Of a stretch of DNA of 64,000 nt, positions 47,901-56,253 are shown piece by piece. This DNA comes from Parcubacteria bacterium C7867-008 (GTDB taxonomy: Bacteria > Patescibacteriota > Minisyncoccia > Phycocordibacterales > Phycocordibacteraceae), in the NCBI GenBank assembly GCA_001189215.1, contig LFCR01000006.1:840-64839 (forward strand). Reading direction: 5' to 3'. The translations under genes and the position numbers were made by a program. The notes below the pieces were generated by a model, which was given only the letters and a program-made list of their open reading frames with translations, was not told where the DNA came from and searched no databases. Each line of letters opens with the position of its first letter. Positions within the stretch are counted from its first letter, which is position 1.

Positions 47901-49187
47901 CGTACTCTAACTTCAGGAACAAGTATCGCAGCAGATATCTGGGCCTCTACAACCAGAACCCTTACAGGCGCTGGTCTCTCATCAGGCTCACTCGCCGTAC
48001 AGTCTGACGTAACCACCGCGTCCTCATCTATTGGAGCAGCAATAACAAATAGCCAAACAGCTATCAATGCGAATACCAACTCGCAAGTATCAGCAGGAAC
48101 AGCAAGTGTTAACTCAAACACCAATACCAGTATTAGTACGGCATCATCTTCACTAGGTGCATCTATAGCACTTGTACCAGCTAGCGTGTGGGCATACTCA
48201 ACTCGCACACTGAGTAGCTTCGGTGCGCTAGCAACAGATGTTTGGAGTGCCACTACACGAACTCTCACCTCGCTCACACTTTCTTCTCAGAGTCCGTGGA
48301 CCGTGAACATGTCTGACTTCGGAGCAATATCAGCAGGAGACACGTATCGGGCAACGGTAACAACAATCTATAACGGTACACTTACCGATTCAGCGAGCCT
48401 ACCACTTATCACGGTCTATGACCCAACCCGTAACGTTGTGGTCTCTGCGGCAGCAATGACGCGCACAGGAGTAGGAACCTACGAGTACTCGTATGTAACA
48501 AGCCCAACTGCAGAGGGCGGTGTATGGGAAAGTATTATTTCTGCGACGGTTGAAACCGGAAAGACTCTGCCAGGAAATGACTACTGGAATGTCACTACAG
48601 CTCCTGCACAGGTGGTCATCACAAGTATTGGTTCAACGCAGGTACCTAATATAAGTGCAAATGTACGTATCACGAACGAAGGTGACATACCGTACGAATA
48701 CTCGTATGAGTGGTGTGTTGTATCAGACCCAAGTAATGCTTGTGGCGGGGGAGACGATACCTACTATGGTTCTGCAGCGAAGCTCATCTCACCGGGAGTA
48801 GACTTTGATACAACCCTCACTGCAACCGTGCCAGTACCAGGTGTCTACTACTTCAAACTCGCCGTGTATTACGGAACGGAGATATCGCGTGCATCACGTC
48901 TGTTCACTGCTACTGCTGCAACAACAGGCGGAGGGGGTAGTGGTGGCGGAAGTGGGGGAGGTAGTGGTGGAAGCGGAGGAACACGACCCTCTACTCCCGG
49001 CTCTTGTTCAGATAGTCGTATTGCAGACATTAACTGTGATGGACGAGTTAATGGTATAGACTTCTCAATCCTTCTTGCGTTCTGGAAGACCAACCCACCA
49101 TTCGCTAATCCACGCGTCGACCTTAATGCAGATGGTCACGTTGATTCGGTGGACTTCTCAATTCTTCTCTACAACTGGGCTCGCTAA
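45000..49187 (+). CDS. Giant secreted fibrillar repeat protein (~1,395 aa) with C-terminal dockerin module
   Basis: Signal peptide MNLHFPYKASNHIPAWRAFLLILTFLSLPLITFAA. An N-terminal beta-sandwich-like domain is followed by ~10 tandem ~93-112-aa repeats (WAAxTRTLTxGxxIAADIWxSTTRTLTGAGLSSGSLAVQSDVTTASSSLGAAITNSQTAINANTN...GNASTSLGTSLTSIASSITSIPTNV). A second beta-sandwich-like domain and a Gly/Ser linker lead to the dockerin, a duplicated Ca-binding segment DINCDGRVNGIDFSILLAFW...DLNADGHVDSVDFSILLYNW. The ORF-track start at 44973 is also possible. Confidence 0.7.
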   Translation: MNLHFPYKASNHIPAWRAFLLILTFLSLPLITFAAYQEFLPGAQVQIGEFVYDDDFQATTTANCTVTVYDPTGAVAVNAASMTATANSWYSYSFTPDSIEGTWPAIMSCGSQLSGDLIKGDKTFIVTSNIVSSTSVAALVNANTATVVASASSSLAATLPVSIWGYSARTLTSFGTLVNDIWSNGTRSLTSGVAIANDIWAATTRTLTGAGLDSGSLAVQSDVTTASSSLGAAITNSQTAINANTNATVLTATTSLAAIINANTNTIVGTASSSIGSSLASIASSIVSIPTNVWAAATRTLTSGTSIAADIWASTTRTLTGAGLDTGSLAVQSDVSTASSSLGAAITNSQGAINTNTNTIVGNASTSLGISLTSIASSITSIPANVWAAGTRTLTGFGTLAADVWTNGTRTLTGAGLDSGSLATLGDLNTASSSITASVNANTNSAILTATSSIASVVNANTNTIVGNASSSLGTSIASVASSIASIPTNVWAAATRTLTSGTSIAADIWASTTRTLTGAGLSSGSLAVQSDVTTASSSLGAAITNSQTVINSNTNSAVLGASTSLAAVVNANTNTIVGNASTSLGTTLTSIASSITSIPTNVWAAGTRTLTGFGTLAADVWTSGTRTLTGAGLSSGSLAVQSDVTTASSSLGAAITNSQTAINANTNATALTASTSLAAVVNANTNTVVGNASTSLGASLTSITSSIAALPASVWNVATSTLNTAGSIGKQLALNVDAAISSVTGGVGSLSAADVWGYSTRTLTGAGLSSGSLAVQSDVTTASSSLGAAITNSQTAVNANTNSAVLTASSSVAAVVNANTNTIVGNASTSLGTSIASVASSIASIPTNVWAAGTRTLTGFGTLAADVWVSGTRTLTGAGLSSGSLAVQSDVTTASSSIGSAITNSQTAINANTNSAVLTSSTSLAAVINANTNTQVLNASTSLGTTLTSIASSITSIPTNVWAAATRTLTSGTSIAADIWASTTRTLTGAGLSSGSLAVQSDVTTASSSIGAAITNSQTAINANTNSQVSAGTASVNSNTNTSISTASSSLGASIALVPASVWAYSTRTLSSFGALATDVWSATTRTLTSLTLSSQSPWTVNMSDFGAISAGDTYRATVTTIYNGTLTDSASLPLITVYDPTRNVVVSAAAMTRTGVGTYEYSYVTSPTAEGGVWESIISATVETGKTLPGNDYWNVTTAPAQVVITSIGSTQVPNISANVRITNEGDIPYEYSYEWCVVSDPSNACGGGDDTYYGSAAKLISPGVDFDTTLTATVPVPGVYYFKLAVYYGTEISRASRLFTATAATTGGGGSGGGSGGGSGGSGGTRPSTPGSCSDSRIADINCDGRVNGIDFSILLAFWKTNPPFANPRVDLNADGHVDSVDFSILLYNWAR
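45470..48300 (+). repeat. Intragenic tandem repeat array (~280-340-bp units, about 10 copies, many more than 90% identical at DNA level)
   Basis: For example, ccaaccaatgtctgggcagcagcaac(a/c)cgtac(c/t)ct(c/a)ac(g/t)tcaggcacgagtattgc(g/a)gcaga(c/t)at(t/c)tgggcttcaacaacaagaaccctcacgggagc recurs at about 45.87, 46.46, 47.87 kb. Sister variants occur at 46.80 and 47.55 kb. Confidence 0.8.
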
Positions 49188-49198
49188 CGATTACACGT

Positions 49199-50047
49199 AT
49201 GAAACCTTTCTTCCTTTTCGCTCTTATATCACTCACGGTACTTGCACCAACAATGGTGCATGCTGCAGTGTTACAGATGGTTCCATCGCCCGCCACTGAA
49301 GGACAGGAATTCTCAGTACGAGTACAACTTCTTCCGGAAGGAGAGGCGCTTAATGCAGTGGAAGGGAACATACATATACCAGAGGATCTACAAGTGACTC
49401 GAATTAGCACAGGAGGATCAGCGCTCACCTTGTGGCCAGCACAGCCAGCATTCTCACATGCTAGTGGAGAAATATCATTTGCAGGTGGTACTCCAGATGT
49501 GCTCTCTTCAGGCGCTTCCGCACAATTGTTCACTATCTATCTAAAAGGCGACACACAAGGATCCTATAAAATCACCCCTGAAGATATTGCAGTCTTTAGG
49601 GCAGACGGTACCGGTACACGAATAAGCGCATCTGCTCCTGTTGTTTCTATAGCGCTTGGGACAGAAGTAGTTCCTGCTGAGAATTTAACTGATAGGAGTG
49701 CACCATATGACGTTACTGCGGCAATTGGAACGGACCCATCACTATTTGATGGGGCACCATTTGTATATGTATATGGTCGAGACGAAGGTACCGGTATCGC
49801 ATCATATCAAGTAAAAGATGGGTGGTTTGCACGCTATCAAACGGTTGGACAATACTACGTTCTCACCGCTCCTCAGAATACTCAGCCAATATGGGTACGT
49901 GCAGTTGATGGGGTAGGGAATATACGTGCTGTGCATGTACCCCACACCGGAGGAGTCTTGTACTACGGAGTATTTGTTCTTGCAGCACTTCTTATGATCC
50001 TTCTGGTACTCCTAGCAGTACGGTATCGCAAACGATTAATCTCCTGA
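49199..50047 (+). CDS. Cohesin-domain protein with C-terminal transmembrane anchor
   Basis: Signal peptide MKPFFLFALISLTVLAPTMVHA. The cohesin-like beta-sandwich signature is AVLQMVPSPATEGQEFSVRVQLLPEGEALNAVEGNIHIPEDLQVTRIS...GEISFAGG...AQLFTIYLKG. C-terminal TM VLYYGVFVLAALLMILLVLLAV plus RYRKR. Confidence 0.6.
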   Translation: MKPFFLFALISLTVLAPTMVHAAVLQMVPSPATEGQEFSVRVQLLPEGEALNAVEGNIHIPEDLQVTRISTGGSALTLWPAQPAFSHASGEISFAGGTPDVLSSGASAQLFTIYLKGDTQGSYKITPEDIAVFRADGTGTRISASAPVVSIALGTEVVPAENLTDRSAPYDVTAAIGTDPSLFDGAPFVYVYGRDEGTGIASYQVKDGWFARYQTVGQYYVLTAPQNTQPIWVRAVDGVGNIRAVHVPHTGGVLYYGVFVLAALLMILLVLLAVRYRKRLIS

Positions 50048-51489
50048 TGAAAAAGAATACTCATCAATTCCTGTTCCTCTTCATCCTGCTGGTACTGCCA
50101 GGGGTATCGAGCGCAGCAACGATGAGTCTTTCGCCGTCCTCTACCTCAATCAACACTGGAGATATTGTCACCGTGCGCGTTGTGGTAAACCCGACAGGAA
50201 CGGCAATAAATAATGCAGAAGGTATTGTTCGGTTCCCCCCAGATATGCTTAAGGTGCTGTCGGTGAGTAAATCAAGTTCCATATTTCCTCTATGGGTAGA
50301 GGAACCATACTTCTCAAACAGTGCAGGTACCATATCGTTCAATGGAGGTGTGCCTAATCCGGGAGTAAGTTCTCCAGGAACTACACTATCTATCTCTTTC
50401 AATGCATTACGACCTGGTACAGCAACTCTCAGTATTTCTGATTCAGCCGTACGTGCAAATGATGGTTTTGGTACCAACGTTCTTACAAATTCCTATGGAA
50501 CACAACTCACCATAACCTCAGCTGTAGCAGTACCTACTCCAACGCCAACCAAGCCGGTAGAGAGCGGTACTAAGACTCCTTCAAGCGGACCGATTCAAAT
50601 CACCTCAAGTACTCATCCTGATCAATCGGTCTGGTATGCAAATGCGAACCCATCCTTTACCTGGGATCTACCAAAAGGTGCAACTTCAGTTCAGTTAGGC
50701 ATTGATCAATCATCAAGCGCTGTTCCAACCGTAACGTATGCGAAGCCAATTGAAGAAAAGACCATAGATACCGTCGAAGACGGCATATCGTACTTTGCTC
50801 TTAGATATCGATCGGGCTCAACATGGAGTGAGGTGAGTCGATATCAAGTCCGAATCGATACGGTAGCACCGGTAATTACGAGCCATGACTTCCTCTATGA
50901 TCAGAGTCAGGATGCAGTACTCGTACGCGCTACTGGTATGGACAGTGGTTCAGGTATATCAACCTATGAGATAGCAGTTGATGGAGCAGAACCGATTGTC
51001 ATTCAAGGGAATACCTTTGCAGAACACTCACAGTCCATCAAGGTACGTGGTGCAGGCATACACAGCATTACCTTGACCGCCTTAGATGCTGCCGGTAACC
51101 GTACCCGTGTTGATGGATCTATCTCAGTACCACCATCGCTTAGTACTCAAATACTCTTCCGCATCGGTCCGATAGCATTCAATCTCCTCTCGGTACTCAT
51201 CATCATGAGCCTGCTCCTCATACTTGCCCTCATGGCAGCGCTTCTTGAGTGGCGCACTATTCTCGGATATAAGTCTCGTCGTGATCCAAACATTCCACTA
51301 ATCCGTAAGGATATGCACCGAGGCTTCCTTAAGATGAAAGAGAATATGGCAAAGGATATTCGCGCACTGGATCGTGCGCGCACCAAGAGAGATCTCTCTC
51401 GAGAAGAGCTCGCGCTCTACAGGCGACAAATGGAGAATATGACAGCACTTGAGCGTCATATTGCTAAGCAGCTTACAGACGCTGAATAA
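50047..51489 (+). CDS. Cohesin-domain protein with Ig-like middle region, C-terminal TM anchor and charged cytoplasmic tail
   Basis: Signal peptide ...LVLPGVSSA. Cohesin-like block ATMSLSPSSTSINTGDIVTVRVVVNPTGTAINNAEGIVRFPPDMLKVLSV...GTISFNGG...TLSISFNALRPG. A Pro/Thr linker precedes the TM LLSVLIIMSLLLILALMAALL and a ~90-aa cytoplasmic tail. Start codon overlaps the upstream stop. Confidence 0.6.
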   Translation: MKKNTHQFLFLFILLVLPGVSSAATMSLSPSSTSINTGDIVTVRVVVNPTGTAINNAEGIVRFPPDMLKVLSVSKSSSIFPLWVEEPYFSNSAGTISFNGGVPNPGVSSPGTTLSISFNALRPGTATLSISDSAVRANDGFGTNVLTNSYGTQLTITSAVAVPTPTPTKPVESGTKTPSSGPIQITSSTHPDQSVWYANANPSFTWDLPKGATSVQLGIDQSSSAVPTVTYAKPIEEKTIDTVEDGISYFALRYRSGSTWSEVSRYQVRIDTVAPVITSHDFLYDQSQDAVLVRATGMDSGSGISTYEIAVDGAEPIVIQGNTFAEHSQSIKVRGAGIHSITLTALDAAGNRTRVDGSISVPPSLSTQILFRIGPIAFNLLSVLIIMSLLLILALMAALLEWRTILGYKSRRDPNIPLIRKDMHRGFLKMKENMAKDIRALDRARTKRDLSREELALYRRQMENMTALERHIAKQLTDAE

Positions 51490-51493
51490 GGAT

Positions 51494-51955
51494 ATGGCAG
51501 ACACGGTTATTGACTTTGTTGCTCGCATTCTCCGACCGTTGTTAGTTGGACCCGCTCGATTCCTTGCTAACCCAAAACGTACCAAGACTTGGCAGGTTGA
51601 AGCTGCTTTTGTTGCAGCGGTGCTGTTGGTAGTCTCAGCACTCACAACCCCACCAATTCCTTCAACATTCTCTGATCTGGAAGCGATTAAAGCGTTCTTA
51701 ATAATTTGGCTCTCAGCTGCTGCGGTATTTGGATCCTTTCTTCACGCACAAGTGGGTACATATATGGCGGAAGATATGAGTAGCACAGAAAAGCCCCTCA
51801 CTGAGTGTTATCACAAGCTTGGACAGTACTGGGTATATAAGGAACTATTCTGGTTTTTGGTATTTCTTCTAAGTGGAGCGTATCCAGCCATAGCAGGTAA
51901 TGTTATTTTCCTCGTATATCCCGCTTGGAGGAAGATTTATAAGAGCTTTAGATAG
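51494..51955 (+). CDS. Hypothetical 4-TM membrane protein
   Basis: Start at the Met after the upstream stop. Hydropathy only. Confidence 0.3.
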   Translation: MADTVIDFVARILRPLLVGPARFLANPKRTKTWQVEAAFVAAVLLVVSALTTPPIPSTFSDLEAIKAFLIIWLSAAAVFGSFLHAQVGTYMAEDMSSTEKPLTECYHKLGQYWVYKELFWFLVFLLSGAYPAIAGNVIFLVYPAWRKIYKSFR

Positions 51956-51973
51956 GCACGCTATACTTACTCT

Positions 51974-52507
51974 ATGACCTCACTTAACCCCACCGTCATT
52001 GTGGTTGTGGCGATACTCGCCCTATTTCTCATAAGTATTACAGTTTCCAAGTACGCGATACACGATAACTTCACTCGTACACGCTTCGTTATGAGTGCAT
52101 TGTTTGCATTCATAGTTGCTACGCTCACCATTTCATTCTGGCGGTTTGCATTTATGACACTCCCATATACCATACCCGCAATGCTTGCCGGTATTTTACT
52201 CGGATACCTTATCGGCGTACGTACTGAGCAACAGAAGATCGTAACCAACGGTATTGAGCACTATATGGAACGGTTTGCACATATTGAACACAAGGACGTG
52301 AAGAACCTAACCTGGTGGAGTGTTATCAACTTCTATTCAATCATGTGCGGTCTTGTCCTCATCAACCTTATCGGTTTCACCAATGTAATCCTTCAAGGAT
52401 CACCAGGGTTCATTATTGGAACGAGTGTCGTGGGGGCTGCATTTATTGGTTCTATTCTTCCGTACCTATATCACCTCTGGACACTTCCTTGTGGTGAACG
52501 TTGCTAA
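51974..52507 (+). CDS. Hypothetical 5-TM membrane protein
   Basis: Hydropathy only. Confidence 0.3.
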   Translation: MTSLNPTVIVVVAILALFLISITVSKYAIHDNFTRTRFVMSALFAFIVATLTISFWRFAFMTLPYTIPAMLAGILLGYLIGVRTEQQKIVTNGIEHYMERFAHIEHKDVKNLTWWSVINFYSIMCGLVLINLIGFTNVILQGSPGFIIGTSVVGAAFIGSILPYLYHLWTLPCGERC

Positions 52508-53346
52508 GAGAGTGCAATTGCTAGACTGAATCCGACCAACAGAATAAGAGAGTAGAAGAACGTCTTTCGTGCCCATCGGGCATCGTTTTGTACAAAGAAT
52601 CCTGCGCCCGCAATAGAAACCCATCCAATGGTGAGAATGGTCATAGGAATTGTATAGATGAGACCAAGAGTATTAACGAGATACAGTGCGTACACAGCAA
52701 CAGCAAATAAGACTGCATGCACAAACATTAATACTTTCGTTGGCAGTATCCCCATAGACACGGGCATCACCGGAAGCTTTGCATTGCGATAGTCCTCTAA
52801 GCGGAAGATTGCGATAGCAAAGAAATGCGTCATCTGCCAACACACAAGAATGATAAAGAGGAGAACAGCTGTTTCATTCAATACATTCATAACCGCCACA
52901 TATCCCACTACCGGCGGCACAGCACCCGCTGCAGCTCCGATAATCGTACTGTGTACCGTCAGACGTTTTGCGGGAGTATAGAGTGCAATGTATGCGAACA
53001 CTCCTAAGAGCGTAATAAGGAAGGTGAGGAGGTTGGTAAAGAAGTAGAGCGAACCAAGACCGATCACAATGAGTACTGCACCAAATATAAGTGCACCACG
53101 TACAGGGATCCTTCCATTTGGAATAGCACGTCCTTGGGTACGTTTCATGTGCACATCAATATCCCGATCCATCACGTTATTTACTACGCATGCTCCAGCA
53201 ATAGAAAGGGAAAGACCAAGTATGGTGGCTACTAGAAGAGGGAAGGATACCGCTACTCCAGCAGCAAAGACGAAGGCAGCAAGCGCCGTCATCGCATTTC
53301 CATATACCATTCCTGGCTTTGTGAGGCGATAGTATTCTTTCATCAA
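52504..53346 (-). CDS. cyoE: Protoheme IX farnesyltransferase (heme O synthase)
   Basis: UbiA-family motif NNVMDRDIDVHMKRTQGRAIPNGRI with 8-9 TM. Last gene of the oxidase operon. Confidence 0.85.
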   Translation of the reverse strand: MMKEYYRLTKPGMVYGNAMTALAAFVFAAGVAVSFPLLVATILGLSLSIAGACVVNNVMDRDIDVHMKRTQGRAIPNGRIPVRGALIFGAVLIVIGLGSLYFFTNLLTFLITLLGVFAYIALYTPAKRLTVHSTIIGAAAGAVPPVVGYVAVMNVLNETAVLLFIILVCWQMTHFFAIAIFRLEDYRNAKLPVMPVSMGILPTKVLMFVHAVLFAVAVYALYLVNTLGLIYTIPMTILTIGWVSIAGAGFFVQNDARWARKTFFYSLILLVGFSLAIALS

Positions 53347-53717
53347 TGTAGTTCGTGTGCGGGTGACACCATACCATCCTCATACAGCTCCTGCGTGGTG
53401 AGGGGCATCATATGGAGATGTTCAAGATTACTCATGATCCAAAGGGTACCCACTATAACAATCGCAATGATTAGTCCTGTTATCGAGAAGATAACGAGGT
53501 TCCATCGCGGCTTTGATTCTGAACCAAGATGAAGAAAGAATATCAACTGAACAAACAGCTGAATGAGCGCGGTGATAACAATCGCAGGAACAGCTAACGT
53601 ACCCAGCTGCGGTGCTACCCAAAATGCTAAGAGAGTGAGGAATATCGAAAGAGCAAAGCCCAGTACATATGAGCCCAGTGTTCCGTGCGGTATATCCGTG
53701 TGTGCGTGTTTGGTCAT
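53343..53717 (-). CDS. cyoD: Quinol oxidase subunit IV (CyoD/QoxD-like)
   Basis: 3 TM helices. N-terminus MTKHAHTDIPHGTLGSYVLGFALSIFLTLLAF resembles CyoD. Start at the internal Met to abut cyoC. Confidence 0.65.
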   Translation of the reverse strand: MTKHAHTDIPHGTLGSYVLGFALSIFLTLLAFWVAPQLGTLAVPAIVITALIQLFVQLIFFLHLGSESKPRWNLVIFSITGLIIAIVIVGTLWIMSNLEHLHMMPLTTQELYEDGMVSPAHELH

Positions 53718-54283
53718 AGGGAGCCAAGTAAGTATACGAGGGAGAACAGACAGATCCATACAATATCGAGGAAGTGCCAGAAGAGAGAGAAGTACACAAT
53801 CCTCTTACTCATCTTAGGTGTAAGGCCACGAATGCCTAGATAGATGAATAGGGCAATGAGCCACGAGAGTCCAACAAAGATATGTAGTCCGTGTGTCCCA
53901 ACGAGCGTAAAGAATGATGAAAGGAAGGCACTTGCTGCCCAGCTGTGTCCTTCGGACACAAGCATACCGAACTCGCTCAACTCCATACCAAGGAATGTGG
54001 CACCAAGAGCAAACGTAGCGAGAAGAGAGAGCCATACGCCGACAGTATTCTTTGCCCGAGCTGCCAGTAGTGCAAGACCGCACGTAAAACTGCTTGTTAG
54101 AAGAATAAGAGTCTCAATCAATACGAATGAACGATCGAAGAGTTCAGCACCGCCAGCACCACCAGCCGTCTGTGTGTGCAGTACCGCATACGCAGCAAAC
54201 AGGGAAGCAAAGAGAATACAGTCACTCATGATGTATACCCACAGTCCAAATGAAACCTGTTCGTGTGTGTCGTGTTTCTTCAT
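53714..54283 (-). CDS. cyoC: Quinol oxidase subunit III
   Basis: 189 aa with 5 TM helices. FGLWVYIMSDCILFASLF...HWHFLDIVW (the W-HFVD-VVW-like C-terminal motif of subunit III). Confidence 0.8.
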   Translation of the reverse strand: MKKHDTHEQVSFGLWVYIMSDCILFASLFAAYAVLHTQTAGGAGGAELFDRSFVLIETLILLTSSFTCGLALLAARAKNTVGVWLSLLATFALGATFLGMELSEFGMLVSEGHSWAASAFLSSFFTLVGTHGLHIFVGLSWLIALFIYLGIRGLTPKMSKRIVYFSLFWHFLDIVWICLFSLVYLLGSL

Positions 54284-54285
54284 AC

Positions 54286-56253
54286 CTATTTATGGTGACG
54301 TTGCTCCGTCGCTTTCACGAGGTGCGCAGGGACTACATATTCTGTTTCATCAGCAAAGGAACGAACAACAATGGTAACGAATATACCGATGAGTGAAACA
54401 GGGAGTAACCACCACATGTGCCACACCATGCCGAATCCGAACAGGAATGAGAACCCTGCGATTAGGAGGCCAACGCAACTATTCTTTGGAAGGAGTATGT
54501 CCTGATACCCAGCTTCATGTGTCTGCTTCTTCTCTTTCATGGTCCACCACGCATCCCGACCATGTACGGTTGGGATATGTGCAAAGTTATAGAACGGGGC
54601 AGGTGATGGTACAGACCATTCAAGTGTTCGTCCATTCCAATAGTCACCCGTACGATCCATATGGCGCTTACGTTCAAACGTACTTACTGCATAGCATATG
54701 AATTGTGCTGCAGCGCCAAGCGCTATGATTCCTGCACCAACCGCAGCTAGTACCAAGAGCGGATGATAGCCACTTGCTGCATCCACGAAATCAAGACGAC
54801 GTGTCATACCCATCATGCCGAGTATGTATAGCGGTATGAATGCCATAGCAAATCCAACGATCCAGAGCCAGTACGAAACCTTACCCAGCATCTCGTTCAG
54901 ACCAAAGCCAAAGATCTTGGGGAACCAGTATGCAAATCCACAGAAGTATCCAAAGAGTACTCCACCAATAACCATGTTATGGAAGTGTGCAACAAGGAAG
55001 AGACTGTTGTGCAACTGGAAGTCCACTGCCGGCACAGACATAAGTACACCGGTCATGCCACCCAAGATGAAACTGAATAGGAAGCCCATGAACCAGAGCA
55101 TGGGCACAGTGTATTTAATACGTCCACGGAACATAGTAAAGATCCAATTGAATACTTTTACACCCGTTGGTATGGCGATAACCATCGTTGCAATACCAAA
55201 GAATGCGTTAACATTGGCTCCAGCACCCATGGTAAAGAAGTGGTGTACCCACACACCAAAGGAGAGTAAAACAATGGCCATGGTCGCTACCACCATAGAG
55301 GTGTATCCAAACAATCGTTTCTGTGAGAAGACAGGAACGATCTCAGAGAAGATACCAAATGCAGGAAGGATAAGAATGTACACCTCCGGGTGACCCCATG
55401 CCCAAATAAGGTTTACATACATCATCGCGTTACCCCCAAGATCGGTACTAAAGAAATGCATACCAAGCACACGATCAAGTGCAAGCATTGTCATGGTGCC
55501 GGTAAGGATGGGGAAGGCAAAGAGCACGAGTAGCATTGAACCTAGCACAGTCCAGACAAAGATCGGCATGCGCATGAGCGTCATGCCTGGTGCTCGTTCC
55601 TTTATAATTGTCACAATAAAATTCACGGCAGCAAGAAGCGTTCCGATACCGGAGATCTGGAGTGCCCAGATGTAGTAATCAACTCCAACACCGGGACTGT
55701 ATGCGATCTCAGAAAGAGGAGGATAGGCAAGCCAGCCCGTCGCAGCAAATGCGCCAACCACAAGAGAAAGATTCACTAGCACCGCACCGGTAGCGGTAAG
55801 CCAGAAACTGATGGAGTTTAGAAGAGGGAAGGAAACATCACGTGTACCAATCTGAAGAGGGAGAATGCAGTTGATGAGACCAAACATGAATGTCATGGCC
55901 ACAAAGAAGATCATAATCACACCATGTGCAGTGAATACTTGCGCAAAATGGTCAGGAGAGAGATAGCCTGTCCCTGCACCAACCGCGACAGCCTGCTGGC
56001 TACGCATCATGAGCGCATCAACGCCACCGCGTGCAAGCATGAGACCTGCAAGAATCAGATACATGATACCGATTCTCTTAGCGTCTAGAGAGGTGAGCCA
56101 TTCAGTCCACAACCATTTCCAGCGTTTCGTAATAGTAAGGAGAAGCACTACAGAAAGTGCACCGCCCACCACAATGAGCTGTGCGCCAGTTTCTATTGGG
56201 CCATGTATAAAAGCTTCGGGGGTAAGGATACCGAACATATTAGTGGTGCTCAA
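54286..56253 (-). CDS. cyoB: Heme-copper quinol oxidase subunit I
   Basis: 655 aa. WAWGHPEVYILILPAFGIFSEIV, HHFFTMG, the VAHFHNMVIGG His ligands and 14+ TM helices are unmistakable. Confidence 0.95.
   Translation of the reverse strand: MSTTNMFGILTPEAFIHGPIETGAQLIVVGGALSVVLLLTITKRWKWLWTEWLTSLDAKRIGIMYLILAGLMLARGGVDALMMRSQQAVAVGAGTGYLSPDHFAQVFTAHGVIMIFFVAMTFMFGLINCILPLQIGTRDVSFPLLNSISFWLTATGAVLVNLSLVVGAFAATGWLAYPPLSEIAYSPGVGVDYYIWALQISGIGTLLAAVNFIVTIIKERAPGMTLMRMPIFVWTVLGSMLLVLFAFPILTGTMTMLALDRVLGMHFFSTDLGGNAMMYVNLIWAWGHPEVYILILPAFGIFSEIVPVFSQKRLFGYTSMVVATMAIVLLSFGVWVHHFFTMGAGANVNAFFGIATMVIAIPTGVKVFNWIFTMFRGRIKYTVPMLWFMGFLFSFILGGMTGVLMSVPAVDFQLHNSLFLVAHFHNMVIGGVLFGYFCGFAYWFPKIFGFGLNEMLGKVSYWLWIVGFAMAFIPLYILGMMGMTRRLDFVDAASGYHPLLVLAAVGAGIIALGAAAQFICYAVSTFERKRHMDRTGDYWNGRTLEWSVPSPAPFYNFAHIPTVHGRDAWWTMKEKKQTHEAGYQDILLPKNSCVGLLIAGFSFLFGFGMVWHMWWLLPVSLIGIFVTIVVRSFADETEYVVPAHLVKATEQRHHK

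Noticed and set aside
45332-48277. Series of 85-195-aa minus-strand ORFs (45332..45616, 45710..46039, 46046..46633, 46640..46969, 46976..47233, 47381..47710, 47804..48277) inside the giant gene
   Set aside because: They are periodic, repeat-derived antisense frames of the tandem repeat array. Their Ala/Val/Pro/Asp-rich translations repeat with the same period and lack starts with SD. The plus-strand frame is continuous for 4.2 kb with a signal peptide and a dockerin.
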